Of a stretch of 48,306 nt of DNA, positions 40,881-48,306 are shown in pieces; positions within the stretch are counted from its first letter, which is position 1; every line of letters starts with the position of its first letter. The stretch comes from Candidatus Iainarchaeum sp. (GTDB lineage: Archaea > B1Sed10-29 > WALL01): assembly GCA_016939415.1 (NCBI GenBank), contig JAFGGZ010000054.1, positions 1-48,306 on the forward strand. Direction: 5' to 3'. Below the pieces are notes generated by a model. The model was not told where the DNA came from, ran no database searches, and saw nothing but the letters and a program-made list of their open reading frames with translations. The translations under genes and the position numbers were made by a program.

Positions 40881-41147
40881 TCAGAACCGCATCAAGGCGA
40901 ATCCGATCACGATGATGGCGAGCTGCCATAACTCCACGCCGGCGAGGTATCCCATGGAGGAGAGCGCCCACAGCACGCCGATGATGAATATGAGCCTTCC
41001 CGGAAACCCTGACGGGCCATCGTGGTGCATGTGCCAGGGCGGGCAGCCTTTCTCCCAGTCCTTGCTCTTGAATTCCTTCTCTATCTTGCGGCCGATCAGC
41101 TCGCCGATCTCGTCCCAACTATGTTCTTTTTTCTTTTGAGTGGCCAT
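40881..41147 (-). CDS. hypothetical small membrane protein
   Basis: Start MATQKKKEHSW. Basic/acidic cytoplasmic head followed by two TM helices. Confidence 0.45.
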   Translation of the reverse strand: MATQKKKEHSWDEIGELIGRKIEKEFKSKDWEKGCPPWHMHHDGPSGFPGRLIFIIGVLWALSSMGYLAGVELWQLAIIVIGFALMRF

Positions 41148-41229
41148 GAAAAAACACCTAATCAAAGTAGGTGAAAGAAATATAAAAAAGCCCCGGGAGG
41201 ACAGCTCGACCACGTCAAGTGTCCCCTAA

Positions 41230-41769
41230 TCACGTTTCACCCCACTCCTTGATAAATCCCTTGAGTTTGTCCACTTCAATGACAAAAATCCCATATTCTG
41301 TTTTAATCTCGACGGCGTAGGCTTTGAAGTGGCGGTCGTTTGATAGTATGAAGGATTTACTAAATGTATCTTTTTTTGAAATTGTTTTGGTGAGTAACTC
41401 TTTATCTTCCCCTTCAGGTAGATTCTCTTTGTTTTCTCCGAGTTCTTTCTCATTTGATTTAAAGAAGGCGTCTACTTTGGAGCATAATTGCTCATCAAGC
41501 GCTTGATTTTCGACTATTATCCGTTTAAACAGCTCAGCTAGTCTCTCCCGTATCTTTTCTTTACAATCTAATATCCAATCCTCTGGGAGGTAGTTCATTA
41601 TTGGATACTTGGCGGCCCCCATAGCGTTTAAGAACTCTGACGAGACATGTTTTTCCGTCCAATACTTCTGTTCCTCGAAAATTACTAGGCTAAGGCCCTG
41701 TTTCTCCCCTAAGTCCATGAATTTATCTAAGTCTTCTTTATACCTTGATTTTAATGGCTTTAGCCCCAA
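41230..41769 (-). CDS. hypothetical protein, possible PD-(D/E)xK-like C-terminal core
   Basis: 179-aa AT-rich ORF. C-terminal FILSNDRHFKAYAVEIK has hydrophobic-strand-D ... hydrophobic-strand-ExK spacing. Confidence 0.55.
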   Translation of the reverse strand: MGLKPLKSRYKEDLDKFMDLGEKQGLSLVIFEEQKYWTEKHVSSEFLNAMGAAKYPIMNYLPEDWILDCKEKIRERLAELFKRIIVENQALDEQLCSKVDAFFKSNEKELGENKENLPEGEDKELLTKTISKKDTFSKSFILSNDRHFKAYAVEIKTEYGIFVIEVDKLKGFIKEWGET

Positions 41770-41837
41770 TACTTTCCCTAGACCTTTTGGCGGTTGGAAA
41801 TCAATACAAGAATAGATACAAGCATTAGCATCAAATA

Positions 41838-42743
41838 CTACGAGAGAATCGTTAGGGACGGGTGTTGCGCTTTCAGTGATTTTAACTCCTCCTTAGTCAA
41901 ATTCTCCAGAAAATTCATTTCTCCGAGAGGTTCAATTATGTCATACAGGTAAGCGATTCGTTTTATGTCCTCATAACTCATCCTCAAGTCATTCAAATTT
42001 ATCTGATCTAATGACTTTTTCTTCATTTTAGAAGCAATACCCCCAAGCTCTTCCAAAAACTCACTGATTAGTTCACTCTCGTAATACTTACCCATGCTTA
42101 CCCCCTCAATAAACATGGTCCAACTCGTTTTTTCGGTTTCCTCCCGCTTAGCGATTGCGTTTATGACTCTTTGGATTAGTTTAATCATTCCAAGGATGTC
42201 CATTATCTGCTCGTTTCGAATGTCTTTTTTCTTGGACCAAAACGAATAAGATTTAGCTAACTCCTTGTTTAGCCCGCCTACTCTTTCTTTAAAACTCTTG
42301 TCGTCATCAAGTAACAGCGTTTTGTGTTCTTTTTTACTAATTCCACTGGAACTGATTCTCTCAAGTCCTGGAATTTTTCTATCTATCCGTTCCATCCTCT
42401 CCAAAAATCGTTTGTTAGTTTGTAAGATTGGGAGGATATTTTTTTCAACGAGCTCTACGCCTTTTTTTGATAAGTAGTAATCTTCTCGCGTATACTCTTT
42501 CCCTGGAAACGAAACTTCCTTTAGTGTAATCAAACCCTCTTCTTGGCAAGCTTCAAGTTGTGGTTTTACCATCACTGAGAAGGAGCCCCTATCCTTCTTT
42601 GTGAATATCCACTCAAGAGGTAAACCCCTTACTTCTGAGTAGGCTAAGATTTTCTGGAGAACAGTAGCTCCGCGAATTGAGTGATTTGGCGCCCTATGTA
42701 GCACATACAAAATAGGCCAATATTGCGGTAATCCCTCCATCAA
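41838..42743 (-). CDS. hypothetical protein with N-terminal winged-helix-like domain
   Basis: 301-aa AT-rich ORF. WPILYVLHRAPNHSIRGATVLQKILAY...GSFSVMVKPQLEACQEEGLI is wHTH-like. The remainder is helical and Lys/Glu-rich. Confidence 0.55.
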   Translation of the reverse strand: MMEGLPQYWPILYVLHRAPNHSIRGATVLQKILAYSEVRGLPLEWIFTKKDRGSFSVMVKPQLEACQEEGLITLKEVSFPGKEYTREDYYLSKKGVELVEKNILPILQTNKRFLERMERIDRKIPGLERISSSGISKKEHKTLLLDDDKSFKERVGGLNKELAKSYSFWSKKKDIRNEQIMDILGMIKLIQRVINAIAKREETEKTSWTMFIEGVSMGKYYESELISEFLEELGGIASKMKKKSLDQINLNDLRMSYEDIKRIAYLYDIIEPLGEMNFLENLTKEELKSLKAQHPSLTILS

Positions 42744-42858
42744 GCTACCTCCATTACAGGATATGAATGGTCTCTTTTTAATTGTTTCACTAATTCCTAT
42801 AGGTTTATTGCACCCCTAGAATAAATACACAGCTGCTTACAATATGCCGAGAACGAGC

Positions 42859-45657
42859 TCATCTCCCGCTTTTCTCGACTATCTCGCGCTCTTCCTTCGT
42901 GAGGCCGTACAAGCCATAGACCAACCCGTCAATCTTGGCATCGGTTTCCGCGATTTCTTTCTCCAACCGCTTCCGCTCATCCGTCTGCTTGTCACCCATC
43001 CCAACCAAGCGCTTGTTCAAAGAGAGCATTTTCTTGGCCAGCTTCTCCAGCTCAGGCGACTCCTTCTTCGCTATCGGCACGTTCCCGAAGTACTTCCATA
43101 TCAATTGGTACCCGCCGCGGATTTGCGTGCAGGTGTTTGAGATGAGGAACCAACCCAGCTTCGAGTTTAGGATAGCCAAGAGCTTCAAGTCTTCAGTCGG
43201 AATGAAGAAATTCGCGTTATTGGCGAAATAACCGTCAGTATCAAGAGTGAAGCGTGGTCCAGTAGTTATGGCGCCGTAAATCAGCTTGGGTTTTTTGAAT
43301 TTGTCGTAATAGTCACAAGCCCTTAGCTCATACCAATGCTCGCCTTTATCCCATCTTTTTTCAAGCTCCGGTTTGAACTGCTTGAGCCAGTTATACACTG
43401 CGGGATAGCGTTGGATGTCAACACCGATTTTCGTTAAAATTATGTACTTCTCATCAAAATGAATCACGTACGGACGGACTTCCTTACCCATCAAAAATGG
43501 ATAGATTATTTCTTTTGATGCCGAATCCTCTTTAGTCAGTTGATTCTTTGTTTCTTTACTGATTACAAACGCTTTCGTAAGACCTGTCTTTATACCAAAA
43601 TACGCTTTGTCTGAGATATATCTACTTAACGGCAAACTATCTTTTCTTGTTTTTTCTAATACCTTTGTTACTCCCTCCGGCTGGAAGTTCCATCCGCTTT
43701 TGTCTAGGTTCTTTTGGTTCATGGTGAACGAGTTCTTTTTCACGTATTCCTCTAACGAGTCGAAGTTGAGGTCCCGCACTAGGCACACTTTTGTCTTGGG
43801 GTTCTGCTTTTTCTTGTTGCGGATTACGATTATGCAGGGGTAGGTCGTGGCGTCCTCAAAGACTTTGAGGTCCCCGAAGTCGATGAACTCTTCCACCCAG
43901 TAGTTGCCAAGGAACTCGCGCAGGCGCTCGCCGTAGCCTGCCTTGAGCCACTTGTTGGAAACAATCATGCCGAAGTAACCCCCTTCTTTGAGGAGCTTCA
44001 GCTCGCGCTCGAAGAAGTAGACGAACAAGTCGGCCATGCTATGGTACACTTCGTACCCCTTCTCAAGGAAAGGCTTTATGGGTAGGAGCTCTTCCTGCCT
44101 CACGTAAGGCGGGTTCCCGATGACCACGTCGAAGCCGCCGTCTTTCATCACGTTTTTGAACTCTTTGTTCCAGTCGAAGGCCTTGTCGCCCGCTACTTTG
44201 GGGTCGTCTATGAGGGAGTTGCCGCACTTGATGCTGCTCTCCAGCGACGGCAGCAGGTGCCTCTTCTCAGCCATTTTCAGCAAGAGGTTCAGTTGCGCGA
44301 TTTCAACGGCCTTCTCGTCCAGGTCGACGCCGTGGATGTTGTTCTTCAGAATCTCGATTTTCTTCGTGATGCGCGCGCCGTCGCCCCCGAGCTTGGCCTG
44401 GGCGTAATCCTTGTCGTTCTTCGCGTAGTACTCGTCCAGCACGTCAAACGCCTTTATCAAGAAAGAGCCTGAGCCGCATGCGGGGTCCAGCACGCGAATT
44501 TTGTCCACGTCCGCAGGCTTCTTCTTCTTGATTAGCTCGCCCAGCGTGTTCTTGACGATGTAGTCCACGATGTACGTGGGCGTGTAGTAGATGCCCTGCT
44601 CCTTGCGGTGCGACTTGCCTTCCGAGAGTTTCGCGCGCTTGGCAGTGGTCTGCAGGACAGTGCCCAGGTACTGTTCGTAAATGTTGCCGAGCACGTCAGA
44701 ATCGATAAGGGCGAAGTCGTAGCGCACGTTCCCGTCCGTGGAGTAGTAAAGGGCGTCGATGACACCGTCAAGGATCCTGTCGCTGACCTTGACCTTGTCA
44801 GCCTCGTGCTCCTCGTCGGCCGTTCTCCCGAAGAGCTTGCTGTCGTAGTGCTCGCGGTAATAATCAAAGATTTCGTTGAGCTCGCGGGACAGGCTCCTGC
44901 CCTTCTCGCGGTGCGCGTTCAGCGCCTCTTTCAGCTTGTTGCCCTCTATCTGCCTGTCCTCGCACGCGCGGATGAAAATCAATCGGTCGATCACGCGCTG
45001 GACTATCTCGTCAATCTCTTCCTGCAAGTACTTGTCCGGGTGCGCCTTCTTGATGTCCTTGGACAACGCCTCGCGCCACACAAGAAGCTCCTTGAGCAGT
45101 AGCTCGGCAACGCTTTTCCTCGGCGTCCTTTTCCCGACGGTGCTCGCGTAGTCGCCCAAAGCGTTCTTGTCGAAGCTTTCCTTGCTGAGGAGCCAGAGCT
45201 TGTCGAACTCGTTGAGGAACTGGGTGTACCTTAGCTCGAAGACTTGGTTGCGCCAGATGTTCGCTTCGTTCCACTCGCAGTTGAACACCTTCAAGCCCTC
45301 GAAGTCCGTGAGCACCGCCCACGTGACTCCTTTGTTGAACCCGTAGGAAATGGCTTGCTTGGCGAACTCTGTGTCGTCGAGGTTTACTTTCGCGCCCTTT
45401 GCCTCCACGAAGAACCGTATCACGCCGCCGAGCCGGAACGCGTAGTCCGCTCTTCCGCGGAGGACGCGCTGTTCCTTGATTACTTCGTCGTCCGTGCGCT
45501 CGTTGCGCATGTCCCAGCCTAATGCCTCGAACAAGGGCTCTATGAACTCGTTTTTGGTGCGCTCCTCTGAGTAGGTCTTGAGCTTGCCCTCGTCCATGAC
45601 CCTCTGGAACTTGTCCACGAGGCCCTGGACCCTCTGCTGCGCCGCTTCACTAGACAA
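42859..45657 (-). CDS. Type IIG restriction-modification enzyme (PD-ExK nuclease + gamma-class N6-adenine methyltransferase + TRD)
   Basis: N-terminal GRADYAF...FFVEAK (HsdR_N/Mrr-like), VLDPACGSGSFL (motif I), VIGNPPYV (motif IV), and a TaqI_C-like YFGIKTGLTKAFVI specificity domain. 932 aa. Confidence 0.85.
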   Translation of the reverse strand: MSSEAAQQRVQGLVDKFQRVMDEGKLKTYSEERTKNEFIEPLFEALGWDMRNERTDDEVIKEQRVLRGRADYAFRLGGVIRFFVEAKGAKVNLDDTEFAKQAISYGFNKGVTWAVLTDFEGLKVFNCEWNEANIWRNQVFELRYTQFLNEFDKLWLLSKESFDKNALGDYASTVGKRTPRKSVAELLLKELLVWREALSKDIKKAHPDKYLQEEIDEIVQRVIDRLIFIRACEDRQIEGNKLKEALNAHREKGRSLSRELNEIFDYYREHYDSKLFGRTADEEHEADKVKVSDRILDGVIDALYYSTDGNVRYDFALIDSDVLGNIYEQYLGTVLQTTAKRAKLSEGKSHRKEQGIYYTPTYIVDYIVKNTLGELIKKKKPADVDKIRVLDPACGSGSFLIKAFDVLDEYYAKNDKDYAQAKLGGDGARITKKIEILKNNIHGVDLDEKAVEIAQLNLLLKMAEKRHLLPSLESSIKCGNSLIDDPKVAGDKAFDWNKEFKNVMKDGGFDVVIGNPPYVRQEELLPIKPFLEKGYEVYHSMADLFVYFFERELKLLKEGGYFGMIVSNKWLKAGYGERLREFLGNYWVEEFIDFGDLKVFEDATTYPCIIVIRNKKKQNPKTKVCLVRDLNFDSLEEYVKKNSFTMNQKNLDKSGWNFQPEGVTKVLEKTRKDSLPLSRYISDKAYFGIKTGLTKAFVISKETKNQLTKEDSASKEIIYPFLMGKEVRPYVIHFDEKYIILTKIGVDIQRYPAVYNWLKQFKPELEKRWDKGEHWYELRACDYYDKFKKPKLIYGAITTGPRFTLDTDGYFANNANFFIPTEDLKLLAILNSKLGWFLISNTCTQIRGGYQLIWKYFGNVPIAKKESPELEKLAKKMLSLNKRLVGMGDKQTDERKRLEKEIAETDAKIDGLVYGLYGLTKEEREIVEKSGR

Positions 45658-45744
45658 CCAAGTTCACCTGAAGCGTATTAACCGCCCTGTTTATTTAAGG
45701 CTTTTCACGAGCCCTCGGCAACCCACAGCCCTTTCCGGTTAAAT

Positions 45745-45873
45745 ATGGTGGGTCGCATAATACGCGCCATGGAAGAGCTTGTGAAAGGCGGTCTCGTGCT
45801 CGGGGCGGGCTGGGTTATCGTGAAAGCGGTATGCATAGCCTTCAACCTAAGCCTCGGGGTCCTGTGGCTGTGA
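45745..45873 (+). CDS. possible 42-aa membrane micro-protein
   Basis: Hand-translated: MVGRIIRAMEELVKGGLVLGAGWVIVKAVCIAFNLSLGVLWL. Its stop lies 5 nt before the next ATG. Confidence 0.25.
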   Translation: MVGRIIRAMEELVKGGLVLGAGWVIVKAVCIAFNLSLGVLWL

Positions 45874-45878
45874 TAGTG

Positions 45879-46103
45879 ATGGGCACGTTCATCGCGATAG
45901 AAGTAGGCGACTCCGCGTACACGGAGCTCAAAACCAAAGCCGGAGGCTTCGAACAAACCGATGACGGCGTTTACTTGGGGGAATACAACGCGATTAACGA
46001 GCAGGAGGCAAGAAAAGCCGTCCACAACCAATACCCCGACAAGCAATTCGACTGCCTCGTCCTGAAAAAAATGCGCCCCCCGAACAACAGCACGCGGCAG
46101 TAA
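45879..46103 (+). CDS. hypothetical 74-aa protein
   Basis: MGTFIAIEVGDSAYTELKTKAGGFEQTDDGVYLGEYNAINEQEARKAVHNQYPDKQFDCLVLKK has a balanced composition, unlike the antisense 171-aa ORF. Confidence 0.35.
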   Translation: MGTFIAIEVGDSAYTELKTKAGGFEQTDDGVYLGEYNAINEQEARKAVHNQYPDKQFDCLVLKKMRPPNNSTRQ

Positions 46104-46298
46104 CAGCCCCAACACAAGAAACCGAATTTTTTCGTAATACAGAACCCCCATCAGGGACCGCAATGGCTCCTGAGCCTTGCTCCGCATATACTTTTGCTCA
46201 ATTGCAATTCCTAATTGCACGGGTAGTACGCCCTAGCAACACCTTAGAATTCGAGCGCGAAATCACTCAATAAATACAACAACCCCAAGCGAAAAGGG

Positions 46299-47465
46299 TT
46301 AATGATTCTCTTTCTGGAGCGCGGCCAACCGCTCCATTAATAGTTGCTTCACGTGGTCGTCCTTCATGACGTACTCCATGAACTCATCAGCCTCCTTCCT
46401 CTTGTCGTCTGCCTCAAGCGCTGTTGCGAGGTCGAGCGCGCTGCCGCAACGCGAGCAATACTTGCTAGCAGGAGAATTAGCCTCCTTGCAACGTGGGCAA
46501 GCCCTAAGCACAAACCGCTCCTTCTTGCTGTCCTCGGGTGGCTTCACGCCATAAATGCCTAGCAAGGCGTCGTCCACGTCCCTACCGGACAGGTGGACGT
46601 AAATGCTCGCCATTTCAGAGGATTGCGCCCAGCCGAAGTATTCCTTCATTTGGGCTTCTGTGAGCTTGTTTGCAAGCGACGTTGCCCTCGCGTGCCTGAA
46701 ACTATGAGGATTAACCCTTTTTGTAATGCCTGCTTTCTTAGCCAGCTTTCGAAGTAGCACGTTGATTGTTGAATAATTGACGCTTGAGCCGTCCAGCGAG
46801 CAGAACAAGTGCCCCTTGCTTGTGGGGTGGTTGTCGAGCCACAACGCGATGGCCGGAGCCGCGGAAATCACGCGCACGCGGCGGTCGCCGGTCTTCCCGG
46901 TCACGCGGAGAATGCCGCCGTGCTCGTCAAACTTCACGTTCTTGACCTGCAGTGTCAGGAGTTCGCTTATTCGGCATCCGCTTTCGTAAAGCGTGAGGAC
47001 GAAGGCTTTGTCGCGCGGGTTCGTGCACGCCGTTACCAAGGCGCGGATGTCTTCCTCGGTCAGCAATTCTTCGGGCAGCTTGTGGCTCCCGTTTTTCATG
47101 CTCGTCTTGACCCACGAAACCATCACGGGGTACTCGCCGTTGTTCAGCCACTTGTAGAACGACTTCAAAATGACTTTGTAGTCGTGCTTCGTCCACTCCT
47201 TGAAACCCGTGGCCTCAAGCCACGAGAGCAGTTGAATAACGTCGCCCTTGGCTGCCTCGTTGAAGGGTTTTCCGAGTTGGGAGCCGAGCCTGCTCAGCGT
47301 GCTTAGGTATTTGAGGCAGCGCTTTTCCGAGAGGCCGCGAGCGATGGCTTCGGCGTGGAACTCGAGAATTAGCTTTTTGTTCGCCTCACACAGGTCAGGC
47401 GATTGCCTAACCCGCTCCAGGCAATTCGCCAGCTTCGTATTCGTGTTGTAAGGGTCGGTCCTCAT
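46299..47465 (-). CDS. tyrosine recombinase / integrase with C-terminal zinc ribbon
   Basis: N-terminal SAM-like domain, catalytic ...ESGCRISELL..., HSFRHARATSL, ASIYVHLS (Tyr), then CPRCKEANSPASKYCSRCG. A TATA-like box (TCTATAAATAG) lies about 25 nt upstream of the ATG. Confidence 0.9.
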   Translation of the reverse strand: MRTDPYNTNTKLANCLERVRQSPDLCEANKKLILEFHAEAIARGLSEKRCLKYLSTLSRLGSQLGKPFNEAAKGDVIQLLSWLEATGFKEWTKHDYKVILKSFYKWLNNGEYPVMVSWVKTSMKNGSHKLPEELLTEEDIRALVTACTNPRDKAFVLTLYESGCRISELLTLQVKNVKFDEHGGILRVTGKTGDRRVRVISAAPAIALWLDNHPTSKGHLFCSLDGSSVNYSTINVLLRKLAKKAGITKRVNPHSFRHARATSLANKLTEAQMKEYFGWAQSSEMASIYVHLSGRDVDDALLGIYGVKPPEDSKKERFVLRACPRCKEANSPASKYCSRCGSALDLATALEADDKRKEADEFMEYVMKDDHVKQLLMERLAALQKENH

Positions 47466-47508
47466 GCTCCCGAGGCTCTGCTCAAACGACTATTTATAGA
47501 CTGGTGCG

Positions 47509-48276
47509 TTAATGGCTAGGCCAACTCATGATTGGTTCTTGGCGTAAGTAAAAGCCCTTCAGAACCGTTTCTGCAACTCGCTTGGGATCTTTGGAGTTCT
47601 TTTGGATTTCTTCTGCTATTGCTTTTATCCCCTTAGTAATATTCTCAATACACTCGCTTAGATGGGCGTAGTTACAGACGAGTATCGGCTGGTGATATAA
47701 TTCGTTTAACACTTGTGAGTACCTATCAAATGTTGAGGGAGTATGCAAATAGACGCAGGAAGGGATTTCCACTAACTCCTTCACCTTCCACTCATCGTCT
47801 AGTACTACTTTGGTCAAACGAGTGTTCTCATCAAAAATTAGTAATGGCACGAGTATGTTTATTGTGAGGTGGCCGGAGAGGTATGTTTTATTGATGTCTT
47901 TTAAGATGGTCTCAATTGCCTTTTTGGAATAGTACTCATCAAACTTTCCTTGCTCTTCCTTTCTAAACTGATTTGTTGCCTCGGCAAACTTCTCAAAAAG
48001 GCTATTTTGCTGTAAAAAATTGTAGTAGTCTGTTTTTACGTGGTCCATGTTCCGTTCAAGGTAGTGTGCGAGAGCTGGCATTACCTGCTCACAGGCGGGG
48101 TATATGTCATTGTCGCTTCTTTTAGGCGTATTGTTTTCTGGAGGGCGGAATACTAGTATCTTATCCGAGTATTCTGAAGTGCCTACAAGTTTGGTGCAGT
48201 TTGCTTCGGAGATTGTTTTGTTGTGCATGAAGCTGTAGAGGTAGCTGCCATTAACGAAATGGGGCAATCTTAGCAT
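47509..48276 (-). CDS. hypothetical protein (AT-rich)
   Basis: 255-aa ORF with lower GC than the core genome by eye. No motif recognised. Confidence 0.5.
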   Translation of the reverse strand: MLRLPHFVNGSYLYSFMHNKTISEANCTKLVGTSEYSDKILVFRPPENNTPKRSDNDIYPACEQVMPALAHYLERNMDHVKTDYYNFLQQNSLFEKFAEATNQFRKEEQGKFDEYYSKKAIETILKDINKTYLSGHLTINILVPLLIFDENTRLTKVVLDDEWKVKELVEIPSCVYLHTPSTFDRYSQVLNELYHQPILVCNYAHLSECIENITKGIKAIAEEIQKNSKDPKRVAETVLKGFYLRQEPIMSWPSH

Positions 48277-48306
48277 TAGGTTTCCGTGCTTTTTTTCGTC
48301 AACCTC

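Larger units (their letters stand above)
41215..48306. mobile_element. probable integrated element / defence island (right end outside window)
   Basis: Tyrosine integrase, Type IIG R-M enzyme, unrecognisable AT-rich genes and a patchy drop in GC by eye from about 41.2 kb. No flanking direct repeats identified. Confidence 0.5.

Noticed and set aside
42859-45657. BREX (PglX) or Type I R-M assignment for the 932-aa methyltransferase
   Set aside because: The protein carries its own N-terminal PD-ExK nuclease-like domain and its own TRD. No PglZ, BrxC or BrxL genes, and no HsdS/HsdR helicase genes, are adjacent. A stand-alone Type IIG enzyme is the simpler call.
45705-46220. 171-aa minus-strand ORF in the R-M/integrase gap
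   Set aside because: It has an Arg/Leu/Val-biased shadow-like composition and no start context. The plus-strand small ORFs look more protein-like, although they remain low confidence themselves.
1-48306. CRISPR arrays, rRNA genes, IS elements with terminal inverted repeats
   Set aside because: Scanning by eye found no regularly spaced 25-40-nt direct repeats, no rRNA-like conserved blocks and no transposase-like ORFs. Absence cannot be proven without software.

Overview
Densely coding chromosomal segment that looks archaeal. The markers are a 4-phosphopantoate--beta-alanine ligase next to CoaBC, an intron-containing tRNA-Leu, a class III (pilin-type) signal peptide, a Dph6-like diphthamide enzyme, TATA-box promoters and GAGGTGA-type Shine-Dalgarno sites. 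All homology calls come from motif recognition by eye; no searches were run.

Layout:
- 1-19 kb: housekeeping genes in long co-directional arrays. These include ion transport (cation:proton antiporters, P-type ATPase, MFS, CBS), a PIN-RibH-PPS-CoaBC cofactor operon, redox genes (TrxB, glutaredoxin, an FeS-type photolyase/cryptochrome), an M42 peptidase, glutamate dehydrogenase, acylphosphatase and tRNA-Leu(CAA).
- 20-29 kb: HIT, ZIP and PadR genes, an unusual duplicated micro-ORF region, a pilin-anchored BNR propeller protein, an ABC-2 exporter, Dph6, a FIST sensor and an XRE pair.
- 29.5-34.7 kb: a nine-gene translationally coupled operon. It encodes DUF5320, an EncFtn-like ferroxidase, DUF134, two NifX-like proteins, two MinD-ferredoxin ATPases, a radical SAM enzyme and a thioredoxin-CcdA fusion. 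It looks like an uncharacterised metallocofactor assembly line.
- 34.8-41.2 kb: more metal transport (ZIP, split MgtE-like pair plus regulator), a Thr-Pro-repeat lipoprotein, an EamA transporter flanked by HypC-like ORFs, and small hypotheticals.
- From about 41.2 kb to the window end: composition becomes patchy and partly AT-rich by eye. This stretch carries a tyrosine integrase with a zinc ribbon, a 932-aa Type IIG restriction-modification enzyme with an AT-rich specificity domain, and several unrecognisable genes. It is probably an integrated element or defence island whose right end lies outside the window.

No rRNA genes or CRISPR arrays were seen.

Most interesting:
- the tandem micro-ORF modules (21.5-22.1 kb)
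- the FeS/NifX/MinD/EncFtn operon
- the unknown genes beside the Type IIG enzyme
- a small protein with a ribosomal-stalk-like C-terminal tail
- the D-loop intron in the tRNA
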